Source: Eledone cirrhosa (taxonomy: Eukaryota). Taken from it: a stretch of DNA of 64,000 bases. Location of the stretch: the NCBI GenBank assembly GCA_964016885.1, contig OZ024747.1, positions 35,464,001 to 35,528,000 of the forward strand, given 5' to 3'. Below are positions 13,623 to 25,344 of the stretch, in pieces. Position 1 is the stretch's first letter. Each line of letters begins with the position of its first letter. A program made the position numbers and the translations under genes. Below the pieces are notes generated by a model, which was not told where the DNA came from, made no database searches, and saw only the letters and a program-made list of their open reading frames with translations.

Positions 13623-13880
13623 CGGCGATGAATTAGTTTTGCGAGGTTTTTTATATGAAATCGTGTGTCGAAACAAATATTGTTATACTTGGGGAGGGTC
13701 ATATTTGTGTAATATTGCCAGAATTGATAACAGAACACACTCACTGTTTGGTTGGTTTTCGCTTCTCGCTGTCTTTTATATCGGTAATCTAACTTACTCG
13801 GTCCTCAATGTTGCCATTGACTGACCGACGGTCAAAAATAATACAAATACAATATAGACACAAACACATATATATAGTTT

Positions 13881-13922
13881 ATCATAAATCTTTCGTTGCA
13901 CATCTGCAACATCGTCAGTGGT
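13881..13922 (-). ncRNA. Type I hammerhead motif in the Nematis-like pseudo-LTR
   Basis: acca CTGACGA t gttgca-gatg-tgcaac GAAA gatt TA tgat; one stem I mismatch. Confidence 0.6.
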
Positions 13923-14161
13923 GTTATATTTTCCTCGTGTTGTGTTGTATATCTACGCCATTTTTATTCAGTCTGTCTATATATTTATTTATTTATTTGC
14001 TTGTTTGTTTATTTTATTTTGTCTTCTTTGCGCATGCGTTTGCGTGTGTGTATAGTGTTATGTTTGCTGTGTGATGGGTGACTAGTGTGTGTTTATGTGC
14101 TTGTTGTTATTGTGCTTGTGTATGTATTTATTTATTTATTTATCTTATTTTATTTACTTAT

Positions 14162-15073
14162 TTATACTTCTCTTAGGTCAGTGTTGTTTGTTTGGGTGTT
14201 GTTGTTATTCAATTCATTCTTTCTGTTTAGCTTTGGTCTTCTAAATTCTATTTCACTGGCCTCTCTGATTTGGGTATCTGCTGGGTCATTTCTATGTTTA
14301 GATATTATTCTAATTTCTATGTTGTCTATGTTACCGTCATGTTGTTGTCTAGCATGTTCGTATAGTACTGACCCGTATTTTCGTCCTTTTAGTTCCCCCC
14401 AGTGTTGGTCTATCCTTTCACCCATGCTACGAGCTGTCTCACCTATGTATGTTGTTGTCATGTTTCTGCAAGTACCCTCTGTACATCTTATGCTATAGAC
14501 TACGTTTCTAGGTTTACAGTTTATCCGGGGGTTCACCTTACATATGATACATTTCCTATTGGTACAGTGGTTTTTCTTAAAAGGGTAGGTTTTGCTGGTC
14601 AGGGATTTTATGGTGGTTCCTGACTTTTTTACCACCTTTATTTTTAAGTGGGTCTTTCTCAGGGCCTTTCTACACTGGTTAGCTAATTTCCCTCCAGGGG
14701 TGGCGTCCACACACATGACACTCTGGTATCTCTTGTTGTCGTACCATGAGGTGGCTTTCCCTATCTTATGTCTAGCCCTATCTAAGCTATTCTTTGATTT
14801 GCTCCTGTATAATGGGCAAATTCCTTTCATGTCCTGTTCTATGAGGTTCTTATACATTTCCATGGCTCCTTCGCATACTCTGACTCTGTCTCTTTGGTTG
14901 TAGCCAGAGAACTGCATGCGGTTGATGAAGTGTTGGATGTGTCTTTCCATTTCTGTTGGGTCGCACATGCGGGACACATTCTTCATCACTCGTACCAAAT
15001 CTGCGATCAGAATATTAAACTTAGCACTACTGGACATTGCTGAGTTTTTGAGTATCAGGTATTTGGAGGCCAT
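14162..15073 (-). CDS. PLE C-terminal fragment with GIY-YIG endonuclease (open frame but truncated, not a host gene)
   Basis: VVY-x-YIG, conserved R, H, E and N residues of PLE GIY-YIG. Confidence 0.8.
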   Translation of the reverse strand: MASKYLILKNSAMSSSAKFNILIADLVRVMKNVSRMCDPTEMERHIQHFINRMQFSGYNQRDRVRVCEGAMEMYKNLIEQDMKGICPLYRSKSKNSLDRARHKIGKATSWYDNKRYQSVMCVDATPGGKLANQCRKALRKTHLKIKVVKKSGTTIKSLTSKTYPFKKNHCTNRKCIICKVNPRINCKPRNVVYSIRCTEGTCRNMTTTYIGETARSMGERIDQHWGELKGRKYGSVLYEHARQQHDGNIDNIEIRIISKHRNDPADTQIREASEIEFRRPKLNRKNELNNNNTQTNNTDLREV

Positions 15074-15489
15074 GGGTTTAGCATAGTGTGAGTGGGGGGA
15101 ACTAAAAGGACGAAAAAACGGGTCAGTACTATACGAACATGGTATTTAGATACATAGGACCACTTCATGGCACAGGCCGTTTTTTCTTTGGGGAGTGGTC
15201 AATTAGCCAGAGTGCTTTTTGAAATAAATAAATAAGTAAATAAATGTATAAATGAATAAATGAATAAATAAAAAATAAATAAATAAAAAAGTAATTCAAC
15301 AAATATATAGTAGGGAAATTTTTTAGGTGGGTTGGTAATAGAAATTAAACATTTAACAAGACCGAATCAAAGCACAGACTGGGGTGAGTGGTCAAGTTAA
15401 CATACAAGCACAGGTGGACAGAGTGTTTTTGTAGAATGGAAAGAATAAAATATATTTACATACTCACAACCACTTACAAAAACACTTAC

Positions 15490-15502
15490 ACACACATACA
15501 TA

Positions 15503-15570
<68 letters not shown>

Positions 15571-16037
15571 CACCTACACATTCACACACACATACACATA
15601 TATATATATATACACACACACACATATGTGTGCGTATACAGATACACACACACACACATACATATACACACACACACACATACATACATACACATATATA
15701 CATATATACACAAGAAAAACACAAACACACAAATATACACACACACACGCATACACATACACACATATATATCTACACATACACACGTGCGCATACACAT
15801 GCATATATATATATATATATATATACATATATATGTATACATATATATATATATATACATATACACACCTACATGTACGTATGTCTCTCTCGTGTAAACT
15901 ATACTATACATACACATACATACACATACATACATATGCACACACATACATACACATACATACACACACACACACAAACACATACATTCACACATATATA
16001 TACATATATACACATACACACACACATATATATATAA

Positions 16038-16070
<33 letters not shown>

Positions 16071-16079
16071 CTTATACAC

Positions 16080-16152
<73 letters not shown>

Positions 16153-16300
16153 CACACATACATATATATACACACATACATACACATATATACATACACA
16201 CACATACGCATTTACAAGCCAACACGCATGCATACACATACATAAATACAAATAAGTACACATAAACGCATATGCACAAACACGCACTCGTTCGCACTCA
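15490..16300. repeat. Compound (TA)/(CA)/(TACA) microsatellite
   Basis: Low-complexity sequence explaining the many HT/YI/CV ORFs; probably part of the 3' UTR of the neighbouring PLE. Confidence 0.9.
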
Positions 16301-16309
16301 TACATGTGT

Positions 16310-18303
16310 CTATAATATGAGGTAGTGGGACGAATTTTAAATTTTAAATTTTAAATTTAAGCTGGGCCTGATAGAGGATTAAAATAATTAATCTCACTAT
16401 TAAGTTATTAACATTATCATCAAGTAATTAATTACTATTTATTATTTATTATCTATTACTTATTATTTACCATTCACTATTCGTTACCTATCCTTTATCC
16501 TTTATCTATTCATTACCTAATCATTCACTCATAAATTAATAAATAAATGAATGAGTTAACTAACAAACAAACAAACAAACAGATAAACAAATAAACCAGT
16601 AAATAAGTAAATAAATAAACAAATAAATAAATAAATAGATAAATTAATAAATAAGTAAATAAAGTAACTAAATAAATAAATAAATAAAATAAATAAATAA
16701 ATAAATATACAGTTAAATAGATAAATAAATCATGAACGTGTGCGTGCAGCAGTTCATAACTGCACGTATGCAAACATGAGCAGGTATATACGTGAATTTG
16801 TGTGTGCGGCCACGGAACTTTACTCAGAGGCATACAACACAATATATAAGACCTGGAGGGGAGGAAAGAAGGTAATAATGAGAGATAGAGGGGAGGAAAG
16901 AGGGTAATAATGAGAGATAGAGGGACGGAAATGGGATGGGGGGCGGGGTGGGGTGGTGATATTGGGGGGGGGTCAGTCGGGGGCCGGGGGGGGTCTGTAG
17001 TTTTTGTAATTTGCATAGTTCTTGTGCATGCAATTAGGGGAGTGTTCCGATATCTTTTTGAGGAGAGGGCCTTTGGCGAATAGAATCTCATAGCTCTCGG
17101 AGATACAGAGGTCACAGCAATTATGGCCTCCCGTGTATGTTCGCGCTCTCTGGAGTAGTCTCCATTGGGTCTTGAAGGGGATTGAGTTCCTTTTTAGGTG
17201 CCAGATGTGGGCGGCGAGTGTAGTCTGGTTAGATTTGTCTGGGCGCCGGAACGAATGTGTGTGGGCGTACCAGCGAGTCTTAAAACTATTAGAAGTCATC
17301 CCGATGTACGAGTTTCTTTTTTCATCGGGGCCTGAGAGTACATCGCATATATACACGAGATCTTTTTTTAGACAGTTGTTGTTGAGAGGGCAGGTCGTCT
17401 TATCAGGGCAATTGCAGTTACAATCGGTTGCTGGATGGGCTTCGGAAAAAGTAGACTTATTTAGCTTCTTGATGTTGTTGTTGGCTAAATTTCTAGCTAG
17501 ATTAGGTGTGGTAGAGTAAGAGAGTCTAATAGTATTCTTATTAAGGATAGTATAGTACCTATGTTGGGTGGGGAAGTGTTTTTGTAAGAGAGTGAAGAAA
17601 ATTTTAGCTACAGGTGTTGAAACTTCTCGGTTGAAGGGGTGTTGTACCAGCTAATGTGCCTTCGCCTATTCTTCCTGGGTGGGCGTGGGGCTATAGTTAG
17701 GTAGGTGATCTTATCTCTAAAGCCGCTGCGGGCCAGGGCCTCGTTGTAATAGGGGGCTGCTGCTCTAAAGATATCTTCATTGGCGGCGAGGCTAGATATC
17801 CCAATGAAGACACTTTTTACTAGGTTGTCTAATATATTTTTGGGGTGGTTAGAATTAACGTCTATATATCTAAGGGATTCATTAGGTTTGTGGTACGGGT
17901 AGTAAAGGGAAGTTTCTAAGTCGATGGTAACGTCTAGGAAGTTAGCTTTAGTTAAGTTCGAATCTAAGGTAATCCTAAGGCCTAAGTTTTTAAAGAAGGT
18001 GTAAAGGTTTTTCCTGAACCCATCCGTGGTCCTGGGGTTGATTTTGTGGAGGGCAAAGAGGCCGTCATCTCGGTAGAGACCGCCGGAGATGCCTGTGAAG
18101 AGGGTCTTCAACCTGTGGAGGATGAACAGACCCACAAGGTCACTAATCTCAGTTGAGTCGCTAGCACCCATGCTAACGTCGAAGGGGGTCTCAGATTTTG
18201 TGTTGATCCAGTGGGATCTGTCATAGTAAAGAAAAGTCTTACGTGCATGGAGGATCACTTCCTGCTCGGCTTCAGTAATTGTGGTTAAGTTCCTGGCGAA
18301 GTT
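16310..18303 (-). mobile_element. Penelope-like element (Hydra-like), 5'-truncated and frameshifted
   Basis: MGASDSTEISDLVGLFIL, GLYRDDGL, NFLDV, PYHKPN, SNHP, CNCPDKTTCPLNNNCL, YIC..SYIGMTSNSFKTRWYAH, CDLCISE. The 3' boundary is uncertain. Confidence 0.9.
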
Positions 18304-18328
18304 AATATATATATATATATATATATAT

Positions 18329-19077
18329 AGTGAGTTGGGATTTGGCCGCAGTATCGCTATTAGCTTTCTCGATAATGTATTTATATATTTACTCTTGGAG
18401 CAACGGATATGAACTTCCCGATATATGGTGTGACTCTCTTTGTTTTATTTTTATATATGAATTATTGATTGTTTCTTGTATCTCATTCTGTTATTTTCCC
18501 CGAGAAAATATCTATGTGTGTCATCAAATTATGTACACATATGGTTATTTTTTCAAATTCCAATTGAGTTCTAGCACGTGACTTGAATTCTTTCTAGAAT
18601 TCATTGTCCTGCGCATGTATTGTTTTTTTGGCGGTAATTTTCCTTCTCTTTTTTTTGAGACAGTATGAGAATTTGTTTGGAACTGCTGGGCAAGCAACCT
18701 AACAGCTACCTCAAGCACTGATTGTGATTATCGCTAAATATTGATGTTGATTTGACTATCATTATTAATGTTATTGGGCACCTAGTGAAGAATTATAAGA
18801 GCCCACTTGTATAAGTATCTGTTGATTTTATACAAGCTTCTACATAAATTGGTGTAATTTCACCTAACTTGTAGGAATATTATAATGAAACGAGACGTCC
18901 GTCTGGGAAGAGATATATTTGATATATCTCATATGAAATAATACAGCCAATTTTCCACACAATACAATTAGTTAGCACCCCGAACGTTTAATTAGGATTA
19001 TACTCACTTATTTCCTAATGTTTGTTGAGTGAGTTGTGATTTGGCCGGAGTATCGCTATTAGCTTTTTCCGATAATG

Positions 19078-19087
<10 letters not shown>
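18329..19087 (+). mobile_element. HHR-containing non-coding element, family E: about 699-nt unit with about 58-nt terminal redundancy
   Basis: agtgagttg(g/t)gatttggccg(c/g)agtatcgctattagcttt..gataatgtatttatatat occurs at 18329 and 19028. Both ends lie in (TA)n. Confidence 0.75.
18781..18907 (+). ncRNA. Type I hammerhead with a large branched stem II (C3 mutated to G)
   Basis: ccta GTGAAGA attataa..[two hairpins]..ttataat GAAA cgagacgtccg TC tggg. Confidence 0.6.
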
Positions 19088-19145
<58 letters not shown>

Positions 19146-19149
<4 letters not shown>

Positions 19150-19610
19150 TAAACGGAATAGAAAATGCTGACAAATTGTTCACAGTTGAAAAATGGTTTA
19201 ATTAGGAATAAAAGAGTATTAGTGATTGTATGGGTTAGTATTCAGTTGTGGTTTTAAGTTTTTAAGTTTTTACCGGTTGCGCATTTCTAAATGCTTTTCA
19301 AAAATAATTTTGAGATAGAGTGTCCGTGCTGTTTGCTCTGATCTGATCAGAGCAAACAGATCAGAGCAAACAGATCAGAGCAAACAGCACGGACACTCTA
19401 TCTCAAAATTATTTTTGAAAAGCATTTAGAAATGCGCAACCGGTAAAAACTTAAAAACTTAAAACCACAACTGAATACTAACCCATACAATCACTAATAC
19501 TCTTTTATTCCTAATTAAACCATTTTTCAACTGTGAACAATTTGTCAGCATTTTCTATTCCGTTTACCAATATATAATAACTTGTGTGTTACACCTCTAT
19601 TCTTTTAACT
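19146..19610. mobile_element. Fold-back PLE-terminus-like insert in (TA)n
   Basis: Near-perfect arms of about 195 bp around three copies of gatcagagcaaaca; about 35-nt tail on the right only. Confidence 0.85.
19412..19448 (+). ncRNA. Hammerhead-like motif with U3-A8 and GCAA in place of GAAA (mirror copy at 19268-19304 minus)
   Basis: ttt TTGAAAA gcatt-taga-aatgc GCAA ccgg TA aaa. Confidence 0.45.
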
Positions 19611-19631
19611 ATATATATTTAACTATATATA

Positions 19632-20300
19632 TTTATTTAGTGACGAAACATAAGTCAATTGCATGAACTCATAATCCTATATTTACTGCTATATATATTT
19701 AGATTGAATGGCTGTGACCTCATCAGGCAGTTAGTCAGTTCTTAGATATGCCAGCTCTGTGTTTATAGTGTTGATGATATCAGAGCCTTGGGACATATGA
19801 GCTTGTTAGGAATAAATTAATGTTGTCAGCAGCAATAGTCTTGATTCTCATTGGTCAGTTTGTAGATGGTAGTAGGGTTGGTATTTGACCTCAAAGAGGC
19901 AGGTGGTTTTGTAAAGTTCAAACCGTCAGGCAAGATGACAATATTTCCATATGACTGATTTTCACAAAAGGCATTTCTGGTCAGATATATATTCAATTAA
20001 GGTTAATAGTATGAATAGATACTAGAGGTCGTTCTTAAATTGAGGAATTTATGTGGAGTGGTGCTACTGAAATTTATGGTTGGAGTAGAAAATTTACAAA
20101 TAAAAAGACTTATGTAGGTTGGCTTGCACTACACTCACACCCACCTCCACATCACACACACACGTCCACACATACAAAATGTGGGGTGGTAATACTTAAT
20201 ATAATGGTTAGAGTCCAATACTTAGATAGTTTAGAAAATTTAGAAATAAAAGGTTTATGCTGGTTGACTTGTACATACACTCACACCTACAACCTCAGAC
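19632..20300 (-). mobile_element. PLE 3' terminal region with a deleted HHR (family shared with 38305-38475, related to 28556-29075)
   Basis: 19640-19797 is the reverse complement of 38305-38470; actgc CTGATGA ggtcacagcc.. with part of stem II and GAAA lost. The upstream boundary is uncertain. Confidence 0.65.
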
Positions 20301-20535
20301 ACTCACATATCTACACACACAAATCCATACAGGTGTGCATATATATACACGTATGCATGTATGTACGCACAAGCATACATATATATATATATAATATATA
20401 TATATATACACAGAACATACATATATATAAAATATATACGTATAAAAATATTAAAAAAAAAAAATATATATATATATACATAAAATACACACATACATAA
20501 AACATATACACACATAAACCATACATACATATATA

Positions 20536-20735
20536 NNNNNNNNNNNNNNNNNNNNNNNNNNNNNNNNNNNNNNNNNNNNNNNNNNNNNNNNNNNNNNNNN
20601 NNNNNNNNNNNNNNNNNNNNNNNNNNNNNNNNNNNNNNNNNNNNNNNNNNNNNNNNNNNNNNNNNNNNNNNNNNNNNNNNNNNNNNNNNNNNNNNNNNNN
20701 NNNNNNNNNNNNNNNNNNNNNNNNNNNNNNNNNNN
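20536..20735. other. Assembly gap (200 N)
   Basis: Run of N. Confidence 1.
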
Positions 20736-23700
20736 AATTTCAATAATATTAAGACACCCTAATGGGTGAAAATTTTGGAAGCCCATAATTTTAGTATTGG
20801 TGCCTCTATTATTACGGATTTTCTGTTAATTAAACGTAAATCAACAAAACAAGCACCCCTCTTTTTGCATGTAGATTATTTGCATAACTGGATTTTCTTT
20901 TCCGTGGCATAAGGGATGTTTGAAAAAATAAAATAAAGGGAAAATTTTAAAAAGTAGAGGCATTCACTAATATTTTTTGTTATCATAATTCTAGTGATGT
21001 TTTGCCATAAATTAGGCAAATTTTACTATAAAAGAGAGGTGCTTTTTTTGGTTGATTTGACTAATTTAGAGATTTTATCTGTGGCAAACCACCACTAGAA
21101 TTATGTCAACAAAAGTATTAGTTAATGCCTCTACTTTTTTAACATTTTCCCTTTACTTTATTATCTTTTCTCAGACATCCCTTATGACACGGAAAGGAAA
21201 ATCCAGTTATGCAAATAATCCACATGCAAAAAAAAGAGGCAAACAGAGTCTCGGCAAAATGAAAGTAGTTATGCAAGGTAGAACGACTTTCTAGCCAAAG
21301 ACAGAGGTAAACAGAGTCTCGGCAAAATGAAACCTTTGGTGAGCACCAAGAAAGACAGGAACAAGATAGATTTCGCCATATAGTTACAAAAAGAAATGGC
21401 TCTGAAGAAGAAAGACAACAGCGTTTGATTGTTAATAGAAACATCTATCAAAATTAAGACGTGAGATTCAAAATGCTAAACGTTCTGCATTACTGTATGA
21501 CAAAAATAACCCATGTAACAAGGCTGCAATTGGAGAAATGACCAAACTTTGTCAGTGTGGTCCTAAACAGTTTACTGGAGAATCACCAGGAATTTGCTGC
21601 GGAAATGGAAAAGTTACACTGGATCAATTTCCACCTTTCCACAGCTATTATAAAAACTGTTCAATGGGGAAAGTCAATTTAGCAAATACTTTTTGTCAAT
21701 ACTCAGGGAGTACAAATCTCAGTTTGCCATAACCAGCTTTGGTCACACATATGCATCTGTAATAATTCAAGGTCAAATTTACCATCAACTTGGGTCATTG
21801 ATGCCTCCTGAAGATAGAATAGCAATATACATTCAAGTTTACTTTCTGGACACTTTGGAAGATCAAATGAGGGCAAGAGGAGACCATCAAAACTTGAATA
21901 CTGATATATTGGAGAGAATTACAGCCTGGTTAAATGAACATAATCATTATGTGGGGGAGCTAAAGACTGTGCTAAAGCAAGTGCGTCAAGGGAACATATA
22001 TGACAAGAAAATTGTAATTCGGGAAGATAAACCTGCACAGGGAGAGCATGCTCGGCGTTTTAATGCACGAACGGGAGCTGAAGTTCCAATTTAATGTCAA
22101 ATGAGCAAAAAGGGAATATAGATATTGTTCTTCAGTTGAAAAAAGGCGGATTGAGGAGAATTTCAGAGCTACATCGATCCTATGATTCTTTGATGTATCC
22201 ATTGTTTTTTTCCATATGGAACAGACGGCTACCACATATATTTGCAAGGGATAAATGGTCGGTAAGTCACACACTTGCAGTTTTAGTCTTTCCATATTAC
22301 ATGCAGAGAAGGGAACTACCTCTTGCTTGGAAGGCGACTCTTCCTACAATTCTTGGTGGATGCATACTGTAAAATAGAAATTGAAAGACTGAAGTTTTTG
22401 AGAAGAGAACAGCAAAGAATGCGTGCTGAAAATTATTCAGATGTACGTGATAGTCTACTTGCTACTGATGGAAATCCAAACCAAGTTGATCGTCGCATTG
22501 TGCTTCCAGCGACCTATACTGGTGGTCACCAATACATTCACGAAAAAAGGTCAGATGCGATGGCCTTTGTGTGACACTACGGAAGAGCAAATTACTTTAT
22601 CACTATGACATGTAATCCACGTTGGCCTGAAATTTGGTTCCCGTAAAAGAGAGTCATGACCGGCCTGATATTGTTGCGATAGTCCTCAGATTAAAAAGGA
22701 AAATGTTTATGGAAGATATGAAGAAGGGAATATTTGGTACTTTGCAAACATGGCTGTACATCATTGAGTACCAGAAGAGAGGTTTACCAAATGCGCACTT
22801 TCTTTTCTGGAGCACAAAATTAAAGCCGAAAAATATGATTTGGCAATTTCTGCAGAAATTCCTAACAAAGTGAAAGATAGAGAACTCCATGATCTTGTCA
22901 TGAAACACATGATCCATGGCCCCATGTGGATCTCCATGTATGGTCGACAGAAAATATTCCAAACACATCTCCAAAGTTCTCCTAGAAGACAGCTAGAAGA
23001 TGGTGGTCATATTGGCAAATCAACATGAGACAACATGGACGTCAGGTTGAGCAATAAATCACCAACCAATGGGCCGTGCCTTACAATGCATATTTGTTGC
23101 GACAATTCAACTGGCATATCAATGTTAAATCTGCCCATCAATTCATTCAATCAAGTATTGCATCAAATACATAGGGGTTGAATCAAGCTGTTTTTGACTT
23201 ACAAAATGCTGCACAAGTCAACACTCCAGAGCCACAGGTGACTGATGAAATAATCCAATACCAAAACATAAGATATGTGTCATCACCAGAAGCAGCATGG
23301 CCTATTCTTGAGCATCCTACACATGCGTATTTCCCACCAGTTGTTGGCAGTTCGGGTTGAACAATATAAAAGATTGACAGAGGATCAAAAGAGTGCTTAT
23401 ACAGCAATTTTAGAGATGGTGAATGGTAAAAGAGAAGATGATAAAAACATTATGTTTCTTGATGCACCTGGAGGAACAGGTAAGACTTCTTTGCAAACTT
23501 AATTCTTGCAAACATGAGGTCAGAAGGCAAGGTTTTCCTGGCAACGGCATCAAGTGGTATTGCAGCAACATGTTGGAAGGAGGACATACTTTGCATAGCA
23601 CTTTCAAAGTACCACTGGACACATACAGAATGGATAAGCCTACATGTTCAGTTACTCGAAACTCTAACATGGCGAAAGTTATACGGGAAACAAAAGCAAT

Positions 23701-25108
23701 GATTGTTGATGAAGCCCCATGGCTCATAAGACTGTTTTCGATGCTATTGCTCGAACTTTACAGGACATCACAGGTGTCAAGAGGACAATGGGTGGTATTA
23801 AAACTCTACTATCAAAGGACTTCCGTCAAAAGTTGCCCGTTGTCAAAAATGGAACAAGAGCAAACATTGTTGAAGCAAGTTTAAAGGAATCCTACCTTTG
23901 TAGATACGTATCTGTGAAGAAGCTGACAACAAATATGAGGGTTCATATGACTGGCGATTCAGATTCAGCAAACTTTTCGAACCTTCATACAATTGGAGAT
24001 GGTCAGCTCCCTTATGTAGAAGTATCTGATACAATTTTAGTTCCTGAAGAACTTAGAGAATGTGTTGAGAATCTAGAGGATTTGAAGGCAAAAGTGTATG
24101 CAGATTTAAGCTTGAATGGAAAACATCCACACTGGCTTGCTGAGCGAGCGATTATTTCTCCACTAAATGCCAATGTCAAGTTGAATAAATGACTAATGAG
24201 TGAATTTCCAGTGCAGGAAAAAGTGTACAAATCTATTGACACTATAACAAATGATAATGAAGCTGTACAGTATCCTACAGAGTTCTTGAATTCAATTGAG
24301 CTTTCTGGAATGCCTCCCCATCTTCTGAATGTTTAAAGTTGGTTGTCCGATCATGATTTTGAGATCATTGGACCCACCCCAAACAATAAATGGAACAAGA
24401 TGTGTTGTAACAAGATTGCATGAGAACTTGATTGAAGCAACCATTATATTCAGGGCTTACATAGGTCAAGCTCTTCTCATTCCGAGGATTCCACGTATAC
24501 CATGTGATAGCGAGTGCCTTTTACATTTAAGAGGCTGCAGTTCCCAGTGAGTCCATGCTTTGCCATGATAATCAATAAGAATCAAGGTCAAACTTTCAAA
24601 GCAATTGGTATAGATTTGACAAACCCATGTTTCAGTCATGGCATGTTTATGTGGCTGTTTCAAGGACTGGAACTTCAACAAATCTCTACATTTTTGCCAA
24701 TCAAAGAAATACAAGAAATGTTGTTTACCCTGAAGTTCTTCATTAGGACAAAGTAAGAAATATATTTTTATGTATTTATTGTTAAAAAATAAATAATGAA
24801 ATTTTTAATTTCTAATTTGGAAATAATGCTTTAAACAAAAATGAAATGATCAAGATTGGAATTGATATTTAAAAGAAAATTATTTACAAGAAACAAAATA
24901 AGAATAAGATTTAATAATGTAATTTTGATTTGACATATTACAAAAAAGAATGTTTTACAATTGTTCATGCATTACATTTTACATTGAATAATATTAAAAT
25001 GCAGAGTTTTCCTCCATAAATTATGACACTGATTTAAAACCAATCATCATTTTCTTATAAAGAAAAAAAAATGTTTGAAACGCAGCAACGCGCGGGAAAT
25101 TCGGCCAG
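20736..25108 (+). mobile_element. Helitron, degenerate RepHel (Zn finger, HUH Rep, PIF1 helicase)
   Basis: GESPGICCGNGKV, QGQIYHQLGSL, YFITMTCNPRWPE, IEYQKRGLPNAH, SIKYCIKY, RYVSSPEAAW, DAPGGTGKT, IVDEAP, DFRQKLPV, RLQFPVSPCFAMIINKNQGQT. 3' hairpin cgcagcaacgcgcgg then CCAG|T at 25105-25108. Many frameshifts. Confidence 0.95.
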
Positions 25109-25282
25109 TATGTATATATGTGATTGTGTATATATATATATATATATATTCAGGTTTGAGGTTCACCACTGGATAGAGCTGGTCAGTTCCGTATGGTCAA
25201 TCGCAATGTAATAATATAGAGAGTACTCAACGTAAAGCAGTTCAACCGTCTTTATTTTTGTAGTTGGTGGTGCTAATACGGA

Positions 25283-25341
<59 letters not shown>

Positions 25342-25344
<3 letters not shown>

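Larger units (their letters stand above)
13621..15096 (-). mobile_element. Penelope-like element (Nematis-like), 5'-truncated: RT thumb, Zn-finger linker, GIY-YIG, 3' UTR and pseudo-LTR
   Basis: ORF 14162-15073 has KPMAS..SAM, RMQFSGY, DATPGGKL, CxxxxCxxC, VVYSIRC..YIGETARS..R..QH, QIREA, LNRKNE. The terminal segment is shared with 29378-29602 and 50355-50490. Confidence 0.85.

Noticed and set aside
15388-16305. Many ORFs rich in YI, HT and CV (also near 2450-2990, 7860-8170, 12800-13140, 31260-32170, 35430-35900, 55330-55930, 57650-58100)
   Set aside because: Translations of (TA)n and (CA)n microsatellites, which lack stop codons.
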